A stretch of 48,121 bases of DNA from positions 1 to 48,121 of the forward strand of contig JBGSIV010000077.1 of assembly GCA_041742355.1 (NCBI GenBank), read 5' to 3'. Numbering within the stretch: the first letter of the stretch is position 1; the number at the start of each line of letters is the position of its first letter. The notes beneath the pieces were generated by a model. The model made no database searches. It saw only the letters and a list, made by a program, of their open reading frames with translations, and was not told where the DNA came from. Shown here piece after piece: positions 1 to 13,398 of this stretch. The stretch is from Candidatus Zixiibacteriota bacterium (lineage in GTDB: Bacteria; Zixibacteria; MSB-5A5; GN15; FEB-12). The position numbers and the translations under genes were made by a program.

Positions 1-2754
<2,754 letters not shown>

Positions 2755-2853
2755 AAAAGCCTTACCTAAGAGCATCCATTTGTCACCTTACGTGACACAG
2801 CCAATTGGAAGATACGTTTTTTCCGTATCAACCCGGGTCGTCAAATCTATGAA

Positions 2854-2866
2854 GTTGTCAAAGAGC
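2854..2866 (-). promoter_or_regulatory. boxA antitermination site in the 16S-23S spacer
   Basis: Minus strand TGCTCTTTGACAAC, matching the rrn boxA consensus, between tRNA-Ala and 23S. Confidence 0.8.
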
Positions 2867-2924
2867 AGGTTGCCCTGGAGGGCAACTTATCTAATACAAA
2901 ACAAGAATTCGTAAGTTCCAAAAT

Positions 2925-2997
2925 TGGAGATGACCGGGATCGAACCGGCGACCTGTGGCTTGCAAAGCCACCGCTCTCCCAACTGAGCTACATCCCC
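2925..2997 (-). tRNA. tRNA-Ala(TGC)
   Basis: GGGGATGTAGCTCAGTTGGGAGAGCG-GTGGC-TTTGCAA-GCCAC-AGGTCGCCGGTTCGATCCCGGTCATCTCCA folds as a cloverleaf with anticodon TGC. CCA is not encoded. Confidence 0.97.
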
Positions 2998-3022
2998 GAA
3001 ACCAAAACCGTTTTTTTCACAC

Positions 3023-3096
3023 TGGGCCTAGATGGAGTTGAACCATCGACCTCGCGCTTATCAGGCGCGCGCTCTAACCAACTGAGCTATAGGCCC
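3023..3096 (-). tRNA. tRNA-Ile(GAT)
   Basis: GGGCCTATAGCTCAGTTGGTTAGAGCG-CGCGC-CTGATAA-GCGCG-AGGTCGATGGTTCAACTCCATCTAGGCCCA, anticodon GAT. CCA is not encoded. Confidence 0.97.
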
Positions 3097-3236
3097 GTTA
3101 AGCTCGTTTACGCGCCTGATGGCGACGTTGTTTTATCACGTAAATAGTCATCGGGAAGTCCAGGAGGGGTAGACGGCGTGCCGGTCGACCTTGGAACGGC
3201 ACCGCGCTTGCGCGCGACGCTCGCACCATTCTCCTT

Positions 3237-4789
<1,553 letters not shown>

Positions 4790-4956
4790 AATATTAAAAT
4801 CATTGTAATCGAGTTTAAATCCGTCAGTCCGAACAGCACATTCCGAGGAATGTATTGTTCTGGATTCAAGAATTTAGGGTTCCTGAAACCGGCGAACCGA
4901 TCTCAGGACAGCGACATCGTCGCCTTCCCGCTCCTGAACTTTCCGATGACTATTTA

Positions 4957-4970
4957 GTTGTCAAAGAACG
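4957..4970 (-). promoter_or_regulatory. boxA antitermination site in the rrn leader
   Basis: Minus strand CGTTCTTTGACAAC just downstream of the proximal rrn promoter, nearly identical to the spacer boxA. Confidence 0.75.
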
Positions 4971-5011
4971 TTGTGCGAAAAAAATCTGCCAGCTTTGTCC
5001 GGCAGACCCCG

Positions 5012-5040
5012 ATAATACCAGATCGCCGTTTCTTTGTCAA
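5012..5040 (-). promoter_or_regulatory. rrn promoter, proximal (sigma70-like)
   Basis: TTGACA-N17-TATTAT with a TG extended -10 and an A-rich UP-like tract upstream. Confidence 0.8.
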
Positions 5041-5170
5041 GGCCTTTTTTTGCCTTTTTTCGACGATCTTTGTCCGTCGCGGATTTAAGATAACCGCCGG
5101 ACTGCCCGTACGCAAGCGGAAAATAGTGGCCACGGCCGGTCTCTTCCGCCTACTCTCTATCGGCGGGGCG

Positions 5171-5199
5171 AACTTAATCATTTACCCCGACCATGTCAA
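5171..5199 (-). promoter_or_regulatory. rrn promoter, second (sigma70-like)
   Basis: TTGACA-N17-TAAGTT, preceded by the same AAAAGGCC context as the proximal promoter. Confidence 0.65.
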
Positions 5200-5415
5200 G
5201 GCCTTTTCAAAGAAAAATCTGATGGGCTCTGGCTACCCCGGCGGCCTCTCACTTCCTGACCGGTCCTGCGTGTCCCCGACGCGGCAACGTCGGCGGTTCT
5301 CCCGCCGGTTGTCCGCTTTCTCCTGTCGGCAGTGCTCCCGACTGGCTCCTTGCATCGTATGCGAGCATCCCAGCACCGGCCGGAAGTTCCCCGTGTCTGC
5401 TGCATGAGCAACCAG

Positions 5416-5444
5416 GTCATAGATCGACTTTTGCCCGCTGTCAA
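5416..5444 (-). promoter_or_regulatory. possible distal rrn promoter (sigma70-like)
   Basis: TTGACA-N17-TATGAC pointing toward the rRNA operon. Confidence 0.45.
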
Positions 5445-6011
5445 GTATCGCCGCGCTGCGACAGTCACGTCGACAGCGCTGATAGCTTACCGACGAACCG
5501 TGGGCAGGGTTCCGGTTCGCCGCGAGAAACTTGCACCGGGCTCTTCCCTTCCTCAAGACACACTTCAGATCACTATCAGATATCGAGCTCAGCGGCCCGA
5601 GTCAATCGGGTTGGCCGTTTTCTATAGGGAAAAACACAAAATTCCGGCGCGGGTGGGGGTGTCCTGCTTCCGTCATCTTTCAGACGGGAGCGGACATCCC
5701 ACCTTTCCTTCAGCGACACTTTCCTTCGACAAGCTGGGCGTCTGGTGCTGGTCACTCACCGCAGTGAGTGCCTGTCGAACCGAACGTCGTAATCGCTCGC
5801 CGTTGATTCATGCCGCTGCTGCTCAAGCCCGCGTCGGTTATCTTTGTCACTGCTCCTAACCGCAACGGTTACGCCCGGGTTCCCGGCCGTCAATAAATAT
5901 GCGACAATATTATCGATTATTCTCGCGTTCTCTCGTTGTTCTCCCCCGACTGGTCGATTGCCCCTCGGCCGCCAGGAGCTCCGAGAGCAGTTGCCCCTCG
6001 AGGCTTTCCGA

Positions 6012-6040
6012 TTGCCAGAAATCCCCGTTGCGACTATTTT
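6012..6040 (+). promoter_or_regulatory. sigma70-like promoter, probably producing a leaderless mRNA
   Basis: TTGCCA-N17-TATTTT, with the ATG at 6046 only 5 nt after the -10 and no SD sequence. Confidence 0.5.
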
Positions 6041-6045
6041 ACAGT

Positions 6046-7932
6046 ATGAGTAAACAGCAACCCGCCACTCACCCGCACGACCGCCGCCCGTGGCTCATTC
6101 CCCTGATGCTGGCCGCCGGAGCATTCCTCGTCCGGTTGATCTATCTCTTCCAGATTGAAGCGTTCCCTCTCTTCTACCACCCAACCATGGATGAGCGGTA
6201 CCATGTCGAGATGGCGCGGCAGATTCTCGCAGGGACGCTCCCGGCTGAGCCATATTACCGTGCTCCCGGCTACCTGTACTTTTTGGCGGGACTTTTCAAG
6301 ATTACCGGAGAAAACCTCTTCTGGTCTCGGGTCATCCAGATCGCAATCGGGGCAGCGACCCCGGCAATTACCTATCTGATTGCCAGAAAGGTAGTTACAA
6401 GACCTCTTGCCCTCACTGTCGGGATTTTGGCCGCGCTCTATCCTACGCTGATCTTCTTCGACTCTCAATTGCTCTTAACAGGCCTGAAGACACTGCTGCT
6501 TACCTCTCTGGTTTGGCAGCTCTATAGAACGCAAGCAAACCCGGTGTATCGGGAATTCATCATTGCCGGCGTGGTACTCGGTTTGGCCGGGCTCATCCGC
6601 CCAAACATCCTGATTGTAGGTCCGGCGCTAGCCATTTGGGCCGCGGTTGAACTGCGCCCGAAATTTGGCTGGCGAGGCACGATAACGCGTTATGCCGCTA
6701 TGGGTTTAGCCGCCGTGGTCGTCGTCGCTCCGGTTACTATCCGTAACTACGCGGTCAGCGGCGACCCGGTGTTTATCGCGTGGCAGGGGGGATTCAACTT
6801 CTACTTGGGAAACAACCAGCAGGCAACCGGTTGGTCGGCCACGGCGCCCGGGATAGACCAAAGCTGGATGGGTGGCTACAAGCAGGCGATCGCCATGGCC
6901 GAAGACGGGATGGGGCGACCGCTCGCACGATCAGAGGTATCCGACTACTGGTATGATAGGGCATGGGAGGAAATCCACCGCTCCCCCGGCACGTTCGTGA
7001 GCCTCGTCGTCAAGAAGCTCAGGCTGTTCTTCAACGGCTACGAAATCCCAAACAACCAGGACACGTACTTCGCTCGCGACTACGCCTGGATCATCAGACC
7101 GCTGTTGTGGAGTGAGCCATTTCGCTTCCCCTACGGCCTACTCGCTCCGCTGGCGCTGCTCGGCTTGTACTTCACAATTCGGCAGTGGCGCAAGTATTTT
7201 CTCCTCTACCTCGTGATGGCGGCGTACATCGGCTCGTTCCTTTTCTTCTTTGTCTGCGACCGCTACCGCCAGCCGATGGTCCCGGTGTTTATTATCCTCG
7301 CGGTTCTGGCCGTCTCGGAGATCATCAGCCGAATGCGGGAGCGCGACTATCGAACCCTGGGCATACTTGGGGTGGTGCTGATCGCGCTGTTCATAGAGAG
7401 CAACCACGATATGCTCGGGCTCACACCGGAGCGGACTGCATCGAACAATCAGAATTTGATCGGCAATGCGTATCTTGAGCAGGGTAACACCCTGCTTGCG
7501 GCGGAAGCATTCCGACGGGCTGTTGCCGCCGATCCGACTAACGCCGAGGCGTTGAATAATGCGGGGATGATGGAGGCCCAGCGCGGAAACCGTCGCCAGG
7601 CAATGCAGCACTTCCTACAGGCGATCAAGTACGATCCGGCCGAGATGGGATCGTATGTCAATTTGGCGACGCTGCATTTGGAGGAGGGGAACACGGCGGC
7701 TGCAGCACAGATACTCGAACAGGCCTGCCTTGTTCGCCCCTACGACGATTACATGCACCTGCGGCTGGCGATGACCTACCTCGAGGCGGGACGGCTGCAG
7801 GAAGCGTGGAATTCGGTCAATCAGAGCCTCCGGCTGAATCCATCGTCGGGCACGGCCCAACAACTGAGAGTGCAGATCGCCCAAGCTTTGCGAAACGCGG
7901 CCCCCCCCGACGGCATGTCGGACCGCCCTTGA
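6046..7932 (+). CDS. Glycosyltransferase family 39 (PMT/ArnT-like, GT-C) membrane protein with C-terminal TPR repeats
   Basis: Multiple TM helices, 'MDERYH' acidic motif after TM1, 'YRAPGY', 'IRPNIL', 'GGFNFYLGNN', 'DRYRQP', and C-terminal TPRs ('AEALNNAG', 'SYVNLA'). Start moved to MSKQQ at 6046. Confidence 0.85.
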   Translation: MSKQQPATHPHDRRPWLIPLMLAAGAFLVRLIYLFQIEAFPLFYHPTMDERYHVEMARQILAGTLPAEPYYRAPGYLYFLAGLFKITGENLFWSRVIQIAIGAATPAITYLIARKVVTRPLALTVGILAALYPTLIFFDSQLLLTGLKTLLLTSLVWQLYRTQANPVYREFIIAGVVLGLAGLIRPNILIVGPALAIWAAVELRPKFGWRGTITRYAAMGLAAVVVVAPVTIRNYAVSGDPVFIAWQGGFNFYLGNNQQATGWSATAPGIDQSWMGGYKQAIAMAEDGMGRPLARSEVSDYWYDRAWEEIHRSPGTFVSLVVKKLRLFFNGYEIPNNQDTYFARDYAWIIRPLLWSEPFRFPYGLLAPLALLGLYFTIRQWRKYFLLYLVMAAYIGSFLFFFVCDRYRQPMVPVFIILAVLAVSEIISRMRERDYRTLGILGVVLIALFIESNHDMLGLTPERTASNNQNLIGNAYLEQGNTLLAAEAFRRAVAADPTNAEALNNAGMMEAQRGNRRQAMQHFLQAIKYDPAEMGSYVNLATLHLEEGNTAAAAQILEQACLVRPYDDYMHLRLAMTYLEAGRLQEAWNSVNQSLRLNPSSGTAQQLRVQIAQALRNAAPPDGMSDRP

Positions 7933-8115
7933 TTGCCCGTTGTAGATTCTGCCATGAGAGGGCGCTTGAGCCCGGCCCAAGTACGTTGGTGGATCGGTGC
8001 TGTACCGCGATGGAGCCGGGAAGGGGTTGCCGCACAAGCGCGATCCCAGACCCGGGCAGTTCGACAGGCCGCTCCTGTCCAGCCTCACGTCTATCGGCTA
8101 ACGTCGACGTTTTCC

Positions 8116-8145
8116 TTGACAACAAAGACCTATCTAAGTTACCTT
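8116..8145 (+). promoter_or_regulatory. sigma70-like promoter
   Basis: TTGACA-N18-TACCTT upstream of the dockerin-domain gene. Confidence 0.45.
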
Positions 8146-8285
8146 TGATCATTCAGAGCTAAATCCGATTTCAATTGGTCAAGCGCCATAGCGTCGTTGC
8201 CGGCCTTGGAGATTCTCCCGGCGGGGTCTGCGACTTGGCGAGAGTCTTAAGTAGAAGAACCTACTTCGGCGGAGGATTGATTCCG

Positions 8286-9068
8286 ATGAGAAATGTCCCG
8301 ATACTCGTGACACTCGTTGCTGCAGCCGTTCTGGTAGTTAGCGGCTACGCCGGCAAAGCAGTTGCTGACGATTCCGTTATTCTCGATCATGTCGTGGGTT
8401 TGGCATATTCCGGCGCGATCATGGCCGATAAGCCGGTGGTCTTTGTTTTTCGGTTTGATATCGAGTCCGGGAATGTGGTAGCGGGTACTCTTGGGTACAC
8501 GATCTATTCTCCCGACAGCGCCCAGTGGGTTGGCACTTCCATTTCGGATATTCGCCTCAGCCAGTTCTGGGATCTCGGGGTTCCGGAAAACAACACCAAT
8601 GTCGATGGAATTTCCCCCGATACCGTTTCCATTGGAGGATTCTCTCTCGCCAAGCCCGGCATTCCGGTCGGGTACGACAGCACTCTGTATCAGGTGTCAC
8701 TCACTATTCCTCTGACCGAGGCCGGAAAGACTATCTGCATCGATTCCTGCATTTATGTCACGGGAAGCCCGACCTCCTGGGGTACAAGTACGGCTCCGTT
8801 GGTTTACCCGGCTTGGGGCGGACCCTACTGTTTTGAAGGTGTTCCGTGCTGCACCGGGATACGGGGAAATATCAACCTAACAGGCGGCATCGATATCTCT
8901 GACCTAAATTTCATCGTCAAGTATCTCTTTCGCGACGGCCCCTCGTCACCGTGCGTTGAAGAAGCGAATGTTGACGGAGAGGGGATGGCTCCAGTGAATA
9001 TCGCGGACCTCACCTATCTGGTCAATTACCTTTTTAAAGCCGGCCCACAGCCTGTTGCCTGCCCCTAG
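8286..9068 (+). CDS. Secreted protein with a cohesin-like beta domain and a C-terminal dockerin-like domain
   Basis: SD GGAGG and signal peptide MRNVPILV..AVA. C-terminus 'CCTGIRGNIN..IDISDLNFIVKYLF..P..C..EANVDG..VNIADLTYLVNYLF..GP.P..C' is a duplicated dockerin-type Ca-binding repeat. Confidence 0.8.
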   Translation: MRNVPILVTLVAAAVLVVSGYAGKAVADDSVILDHVVGLAYSGAIMADKPVVFVFRFDIESGNVVAGTLGYTIYSPDSAQWVGTSISDIRLSQFWDLGVPENNTNVDGISPDTVSIGGFSLAKPGIPVGYDSTLYQVSLTIPLTEAGKTICIDSCIYVTGSPTSWGTSTAPLVYPAWGGPYCFEGVPCCTGIRGNINLTGGIDISDLNFIVKYLFRDGPSSPCVEEANVDGEGMAPVNIADLTYLVNYLFKAGPQPVACP

Positions 9069-9129
9069 CGGCAGCTTGCTTCCCGGTTAATGGGGGCATT
9101 ACAGTGACCGATCGGCGGTCTGCTCTCCC

Positions 9130-9714
9130 CTATCCGATGACTGCCCTCTCCCGCTGACGGTCGACGTCCACCGACTTCTTCGGCAGAAGTGTCAGAAACA
9201 GCCCTACTCCGAAGAGTAATATCCCCAGCCCGCTTTGCGCGTAGTCGTTCCAGCGCGGCTCGGGCATAATAGTGGAGCGGTTAGGATCTCCCGGATCATA
9301 GTACACCGTCACCGGTGTCCCGGGCGGAAAGCCCGCGATCTCCTTCTCGGCCACTTCCATGTTGCGCCGTTTGTTTCCGAACAACGGCACATTCCGATCG
9401 CTGATCCCTGAGTACCGTCGCCCGTTGAGAGTAAACTCGTAAGTGATCCTGGGCGCAAACGACCGTTCACCGGTGATAATCGACGACGCAATGACTCCGT
9501 CGACGGTGGGCCAGTCCCTCCGCTCGAACCGCTCGGCCAATCGATCAAAGGCGCTGACCGCCAGAACCACACCAGCCACTCCGCCGGCGATTCCCAGAAG
9601 CAGCAGCCCGGTCCGTTTAGCCGGCAAGGCTATCCGGCGCAGCGATAGCCGGAGTCCGACCACCAGGGCCGCGGTCGCCGCGAGTATCCAAACAATCAGT
9701 ACCATACAATGCAC
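9130..9714 (-). CDS. DUF3592-like membrane protein
   Basis: TM helices flank 'WPTVDGVI..S', 'PRITYEF..NGRRYSG', 'PPGTPVTVYYDPGDP..S'. Exact start uncertain. Confidence 0.75.
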   Translation of the reverse strand: MHCMVLIVWILAATAALVVGLRLSLRRIALPAKRTGLLLLGIAGGVAGVVLAVSAFDRLAERFERRDWPTVDGVIASSIITGERSFAPRITYEFTLNGRRYSGISDRNVPLFGNKRRNMEVAEKEIAGFPPGTPVTVYYDPGDPNRSTIMPEPRWNDYAQSGLGILLFGVGLFLTLLPKKSVDVDRQRERAVIG

Positions 9715-10159
9715 CCAACATAGTGAGCGGGCCGTCGGGCCACAAGGCCCATTGAGCGGCCAGCTCTGAAGTATAGCCTTGTCCGCAATTTCGGCACCTG
9801 ATCCATCATAGACAATGTTTGTACGCTATCCCTATCTCAAAACGAACCGGATACCTGCAATAGAAAGGTCTGCGGGTGCCGCGTATCGCCCATTTCGATC
9901 TCACGCCCGCAATGCCGGCTGCGCCCAAAATGCGATCGTCGAACCTGATTTGGACCGCCCGATCGGGCCGTCGGCGGCTGCAATCGGTCGGATTGTGGGG
10001 CCGAAAACGCCGGGGGCGAGACTCGGCCGGCAGGCAGGCTGCAAAGGTACAGAGCGAACCATTCTTGGCTTGGCGCATCAGGATCCGCCCAACCGCCGGT
10101 AGTACATTCGCTGCCCGGTGTTCACAGTGGGCAGACCAGTTGTGTATCGAGTGCCCCGG

Positions 10160-10942
10160 TCATTGCCGTGCAGGCAAGCTACCTGGCTCCCGCCACTGGC
10201 TGTAACAGCCATCCCTCAGGATCGCAACCGACGGATAAGCGTCAAGCTGGGCGGCGAAGCAGACGTCGTCGCGAAAGCCGATGTCACAGAGCTCCCGGCC
10301 ACTTATCGATCCGAGCAGGGCATCCTCCAACCGTCGGCGCAGGTGCAGGAATGTGCCCTCCGCAACTTCGGCTTCAGGTGCCTTCACACAATCAAGCGCG
10401 GCGATAATCGCACCTGCTCCGATGAGATCTTCGGCGGCGAATCGCAGCAACGGACCGGTGGCGCCTGGCTCCTGCTCTCCACAGGCCACGACGGTAACCT
10501 TCCGTTTCGCATCAACCTGCATTAACTTCCGCAACGCCTCCGCAGTCGCCCCGGCATTGACCAGGCCGGCAGCCACAACAACAGGCGCAGCCGAAGCTGC
10601 GAGCGTACACGCTCCGCCGTTTACTGCCCGGAGTACGACACGCGTGCCCGGTGAAATGCCGAGGTAGGTGAGCGGAGACAGGGAGAATCGACCGCGCGCA
10701 GGGACTTCGCCGCGAGCGACCGCCGCCTGACCGTTGACGCACGCAGCCATCTCGGCAGCTTCATCGTATGAGGCGCAGGGGTACATCTGAGCGCCGTACG
10801 TGACCGCGGTCGCAACCGAAGTTCCGAAGCTCAGCGTGTCGACGATGACGACAATCTCCCCTCTCTCAGCCGCTGCCGCAGCCCCGGCAGGCCCCCACGC
10901 CAGAGTGCACTGGGCCACAGTCAAATCGCCTTGCGGACCCAT
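10160..10942 (-). CDS. comB: 2-phosphosulfolactate phosphatase family protein
   Basis: 'VVIVDTLSF.TS', 'FSLSP', 'NGG', 'VVACGE', 'RFAAEDLIGAGAII', 'SISGREL...GF.DDV..AAQLD' are ComB family motifs. SD GAGGAG. Confidence 0.85.
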   Translation of the reverse strand: MGPQGDLTVAQCTLAWGPAGAAAAAERGEIVVIVDTLSFGTSVATAVTYGAQMYPCASYDEAAEMAACVNGQAAVARGEVPARGRFSLSPLTYLGISPGTRVVLRAVNGGACTLAASAAPVVVAAGLVNAGATAEALRKLMQVDAKRKVTVVACGEQEPGATGPLLRFAAEDLIGAGAIIAALDCVKAPEAEVAEGTFLHLRRRLEDALLGSISGRELCDIGFRDDVCFAAQLDAYPSVAILRDGCYSQWREPGSLPARQ

Positions 10943-11026
10943 ATCCGTCTCCTCACATTCGCGAATTTTCGCCGCGAAGACTGGTCAGAGGTGTCAGTCA
11001 GTACAACCGCCACCGCATGGAATTGT

Positions 11027-13159
11027 TCACTGTGTCGCGACTGAGGCACCGGCCCGTTGGCAGAGGGTATTGAGAACCGCCAGCAGCCCCTCGGGTGGCT
11101 GCGTGCATTCGACCGGCAGAAGTTCATACATACGGCCGCAAAGGTCCTGCGCCAGTCCTGTATCGCCCTCTTCGATCCGCGCCGCGATGAGCGTGCCGAA
11201 CGAATTGTACAGCAACTGCGCGTACCACGCGCTTGGCGGCTCTAGCGGCACTGACGGGTGATCGAACCCGCGGACGATGTAGACATCAGTCAGATTTCGC
11301 TCGAGCACCCCGACGTCAATCGGTGGATTCTGCACCGGAAGAACACGGGTCACCAGGCCCTCGGGACGCCGAAAGGGCTGTAACCAGGGGAGCTGGTCGG
11401 GCCCGAGCGAAGCCACCGTGTACAGTGGGCGTTCCCATCGGAGCTTCTCCACGAGGCGGAGGACCACATAGTCCTGCGGCAGAAGGTAAGCATCCGCCGC
11501 AGTCGGCTGAATCGAAATTCCTATCTCGTCTGTGGCCTGGGCGGAATCCAAGGCGGCTGAGCCCGCCTGGCCCACCACCTGGACCATCACCACAGTATCA
11601 TGCCAGGGCACGACCGGAATCTGCGTCAGTTCCTCATCGGTGAAGTCCAGTCTGAGCCCTGGATCACGTCGCTGCCATTGACGTACGAACCACCCCGTGT
11701 TCAGCAGGGGAATATTCAGCACGGTCACATCGGTTCGAACGCCCTCAACCGCCTGAAGGTACCATAGTGGAAAAGTGTCGTTGTCGCCTGTGGTGAGAAG
11801 CACGGCGTCGGGTTCCAGCCCGGCGAGCATATTGGCGGCATAGTCGCGTGCAAACGAGCGGGTTGAGCCGTCGATATCGGCATAGTAGTTTAAGCCATGA
11901 TTGATCGGAACCGCCAGAAGAAGAAGCAGGGCAATCACGCTCCCGATGCGACCGATTAGTCCGCCGAGCTTGAGCAACCTCTGCAAAACCGTTACCGCTC
12001 CAAACACGACGAAGACACCGAAAATGACCAATGAGGGAAGGTAGTGCCGGTGCAGTGAGCGGAAGTAATTCTCCGGAATATTGAAGTAGACAATGGCCGC
12101 GGCCACGGTCATCATAAACAGAATGCCGGCGGCGATGCCAAGCCGCGGAGAACGACGAGTCATAACCGCGAGACCCAATATCCCGGCCGCCAACGGGACG
12201 ACTCCCACAACGCTCAGCGGGCCATCTGTGGAAACAAACGTCTGCCCGAACGCGGCCAGCCAGTCGGCGACCTGCACATTCCAGAAGTCGGCGTTGCGAG
12301 GGTACAGGTTTACGAGGAACCCGCCGCCACGCATCTTGAGGAAGAAGTAGTCCCAGAAGCGTCCGATTGTACTGGGATCGCCGATGTTCATGAACGGCTC
12401 GCGGGCCGCCATAAACATGATCACTCCATGGAATGACAGCCCCAGAAACAACCCCAACGCACTGATCCTCCAGGTCTTCCACTGAAGCAGCGCTCGGGGA
12501 TTCCCGAGAGCGATCCATACTGCCAGACCCGGCATTAGAAGAGCATTCGTGCGGTGGACAGACACGTCGAGGCCAAACAAGAGCATTGTGACGAAGAGCC
12601 AGCGGATTCCGCCGGTCGATCTCGCACTCTCCCACCACTTCAGCATGGCAAAGAGGATGAAGACGGTGAAGACGGGCGTTACCACGTAAGTCGTGTACTG
12701 CACCGCGTAGAACCACAGGGCTTCGCCAAAACCGAGCGATAATGCCGCGCCGACGGCACCAAGCCACAGAAAGAGGCTGCCTCCGCTCCATCGTTCCCCG
12801 GCAGTGAGCCCTTGGAGCCGGTTCGCAAGCAGCAGCACACCTGCGGTCACAAACCCGGCGAGTACACCGGCAAACAGGTTCAGCGTGAGGATATCGGCGG
12901 TCGCGGGTACAAGATGGACAACGAGCCAGCCAAGAATAGTGGATATGAGTCCCCCCGGCGCCGACATTACGCCGAGGTCGTGAGCAGCCAGGGCCTCTTC
13001 GGCATTATTCCACCAAGCGATGGTTCGATAGGCTGTCAGGTAGTAGACCGCGAACGCAGCCGCAAAGGTCAGCCCTGCTGCCACCAAAGGAAGCCGCCGG
13101 GGCGATGTGGCGTCGCGAGAAAGGCTCGACGTGGAACCAGCGGATGACAGGACACGCAT
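11027..13159 (-). CDS. DUF2723 / TMEM260-like protein O-mannosyltransferase-family membrane protein
   Basis: 'VYYLTAYRTIAWW', 'LGVMSAPG', many TMs, 'LLTTGDNDTFPLWYLQAVEGVRTDVTVLNIPLLNTGWF'. SD GGAGGT precedes the ATG at 13159. Confidence 0.85.
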   Translation of the reverse strand: MRVLSSAGSTSSLSRDATSPRRLPLVAAGLTFAAAFAVYYLTAYRTIAWWNNAEEALAAHDLGVMSAPGGLISTILGWLVVHLVPATADILTLNLFAGVLAGFVTAGVLLLANRLQGLTAGERWSGGSLFLWLGAVGAALSLGFGEALWFYAVQYTTYVVTPVFTVFILFAMLKWWESARSTGGIRWLFVTMLLFGLDVSVHRTNALLMPGLAVWIALGNPRALLQWKTWRISALGLFLGLSFHGVIMFMAAREPFMNIGDPSTIGRFWDYFFLKMRGGGFLVNLYPRNADFWNVQVADWLAAFGQTFVSTDGPLSVVGVVPLAAGILGLAVMTRRSPRLGIAAGILFMMTVAAAIVYFNIPENYFRSLHRHYLPSLVIFGVFVVFGAVTVLQRLLKLGGLIGRIGSVIALLLLLAVPINHGLNYYADIDGSTRSFARDYAANMLAGLEPDAVLLTTGDNDTFPLWYLQAVEGVRTDVTVLNIPLLNTGWFVRQWQRRDPGLRLDFTDEELTQIPVVPWHDTVVMVQVVGQAGSAALDSAQATDEIGISIQPTAADAYLLPQDYVVLRLVEKLRWERPLYTVASLGPDQLPWLQPFRRPEGLVTRVLPVQNPPIDVGVLERNLTDVYIVRGFDHPSVPLEPPSAWYAQLLYNSFGTLIAARIEEGDTGLAQDLCGRMYELLPVECTQPPEGLLAVLNTLCQRAGASVATQ

Positions 13160-13260
13160 GACGCACCTCCCCAGTGTCAAAGGTGTTGGTTCAGCTGATG
13201 AGCGATCTTCCGGTTTATGTTAGTTGGTCCACGATACACGGGCAAGCTGATTTTGCCCGC

Positions 13261-13290
13261 AAAAAACACCCCTCGGGATAAGCCGAGGGG
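13261..13290 (-). terminator. Intrinsic terminator
   Basis: CCCCTCGG-CTTATC-CCGAGGGG stem-loop followed by TGTTTTTT on the minus strand. Confidence 0.8.
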
Positions 13291-13393
13291 CTGTAACTTA
13301 AGTTAACTTGTTCGGAAGGTGCCGCTACATGTGTCGCATCACGCGGCGGGGTCGGGATCCGTCCCCGGAAACCCCTGTAGATCGGACTTCCTG
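13261..13393 (-). ncRNA. Candidate small structured RNA or riboswitch-like leader (unassigned family)
   Basis: Lies between a consensus promoter and an intrinsic terminator with no ORF. Nested pairings GGAAG/CTTCC, CTACA/TGTAG, GGGGT/ACCCC, GGGA/TCCC, CGC/GCG. Confidence 0.6.
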
Positions 13394-13398
13394 ACTAT

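Noticed and set aside
4958..5859. ORFs in the rrn upstream region (e.g. 4958-5407, 5332-5859)
   Set aside because: Arg/Ser/Pro-rich, no motifs or SD, and they overlap the rrn promoters.
5899..6045. N-terminal extensions given by the ORF track (also 8175, 13180, 13884, 21782, 33110, 35267, 37417, 43447, 45859 starts)
   Set aside because: Downstream starts have better SD or promoter context and begin at the family-typical N-terminus or signal peptide.
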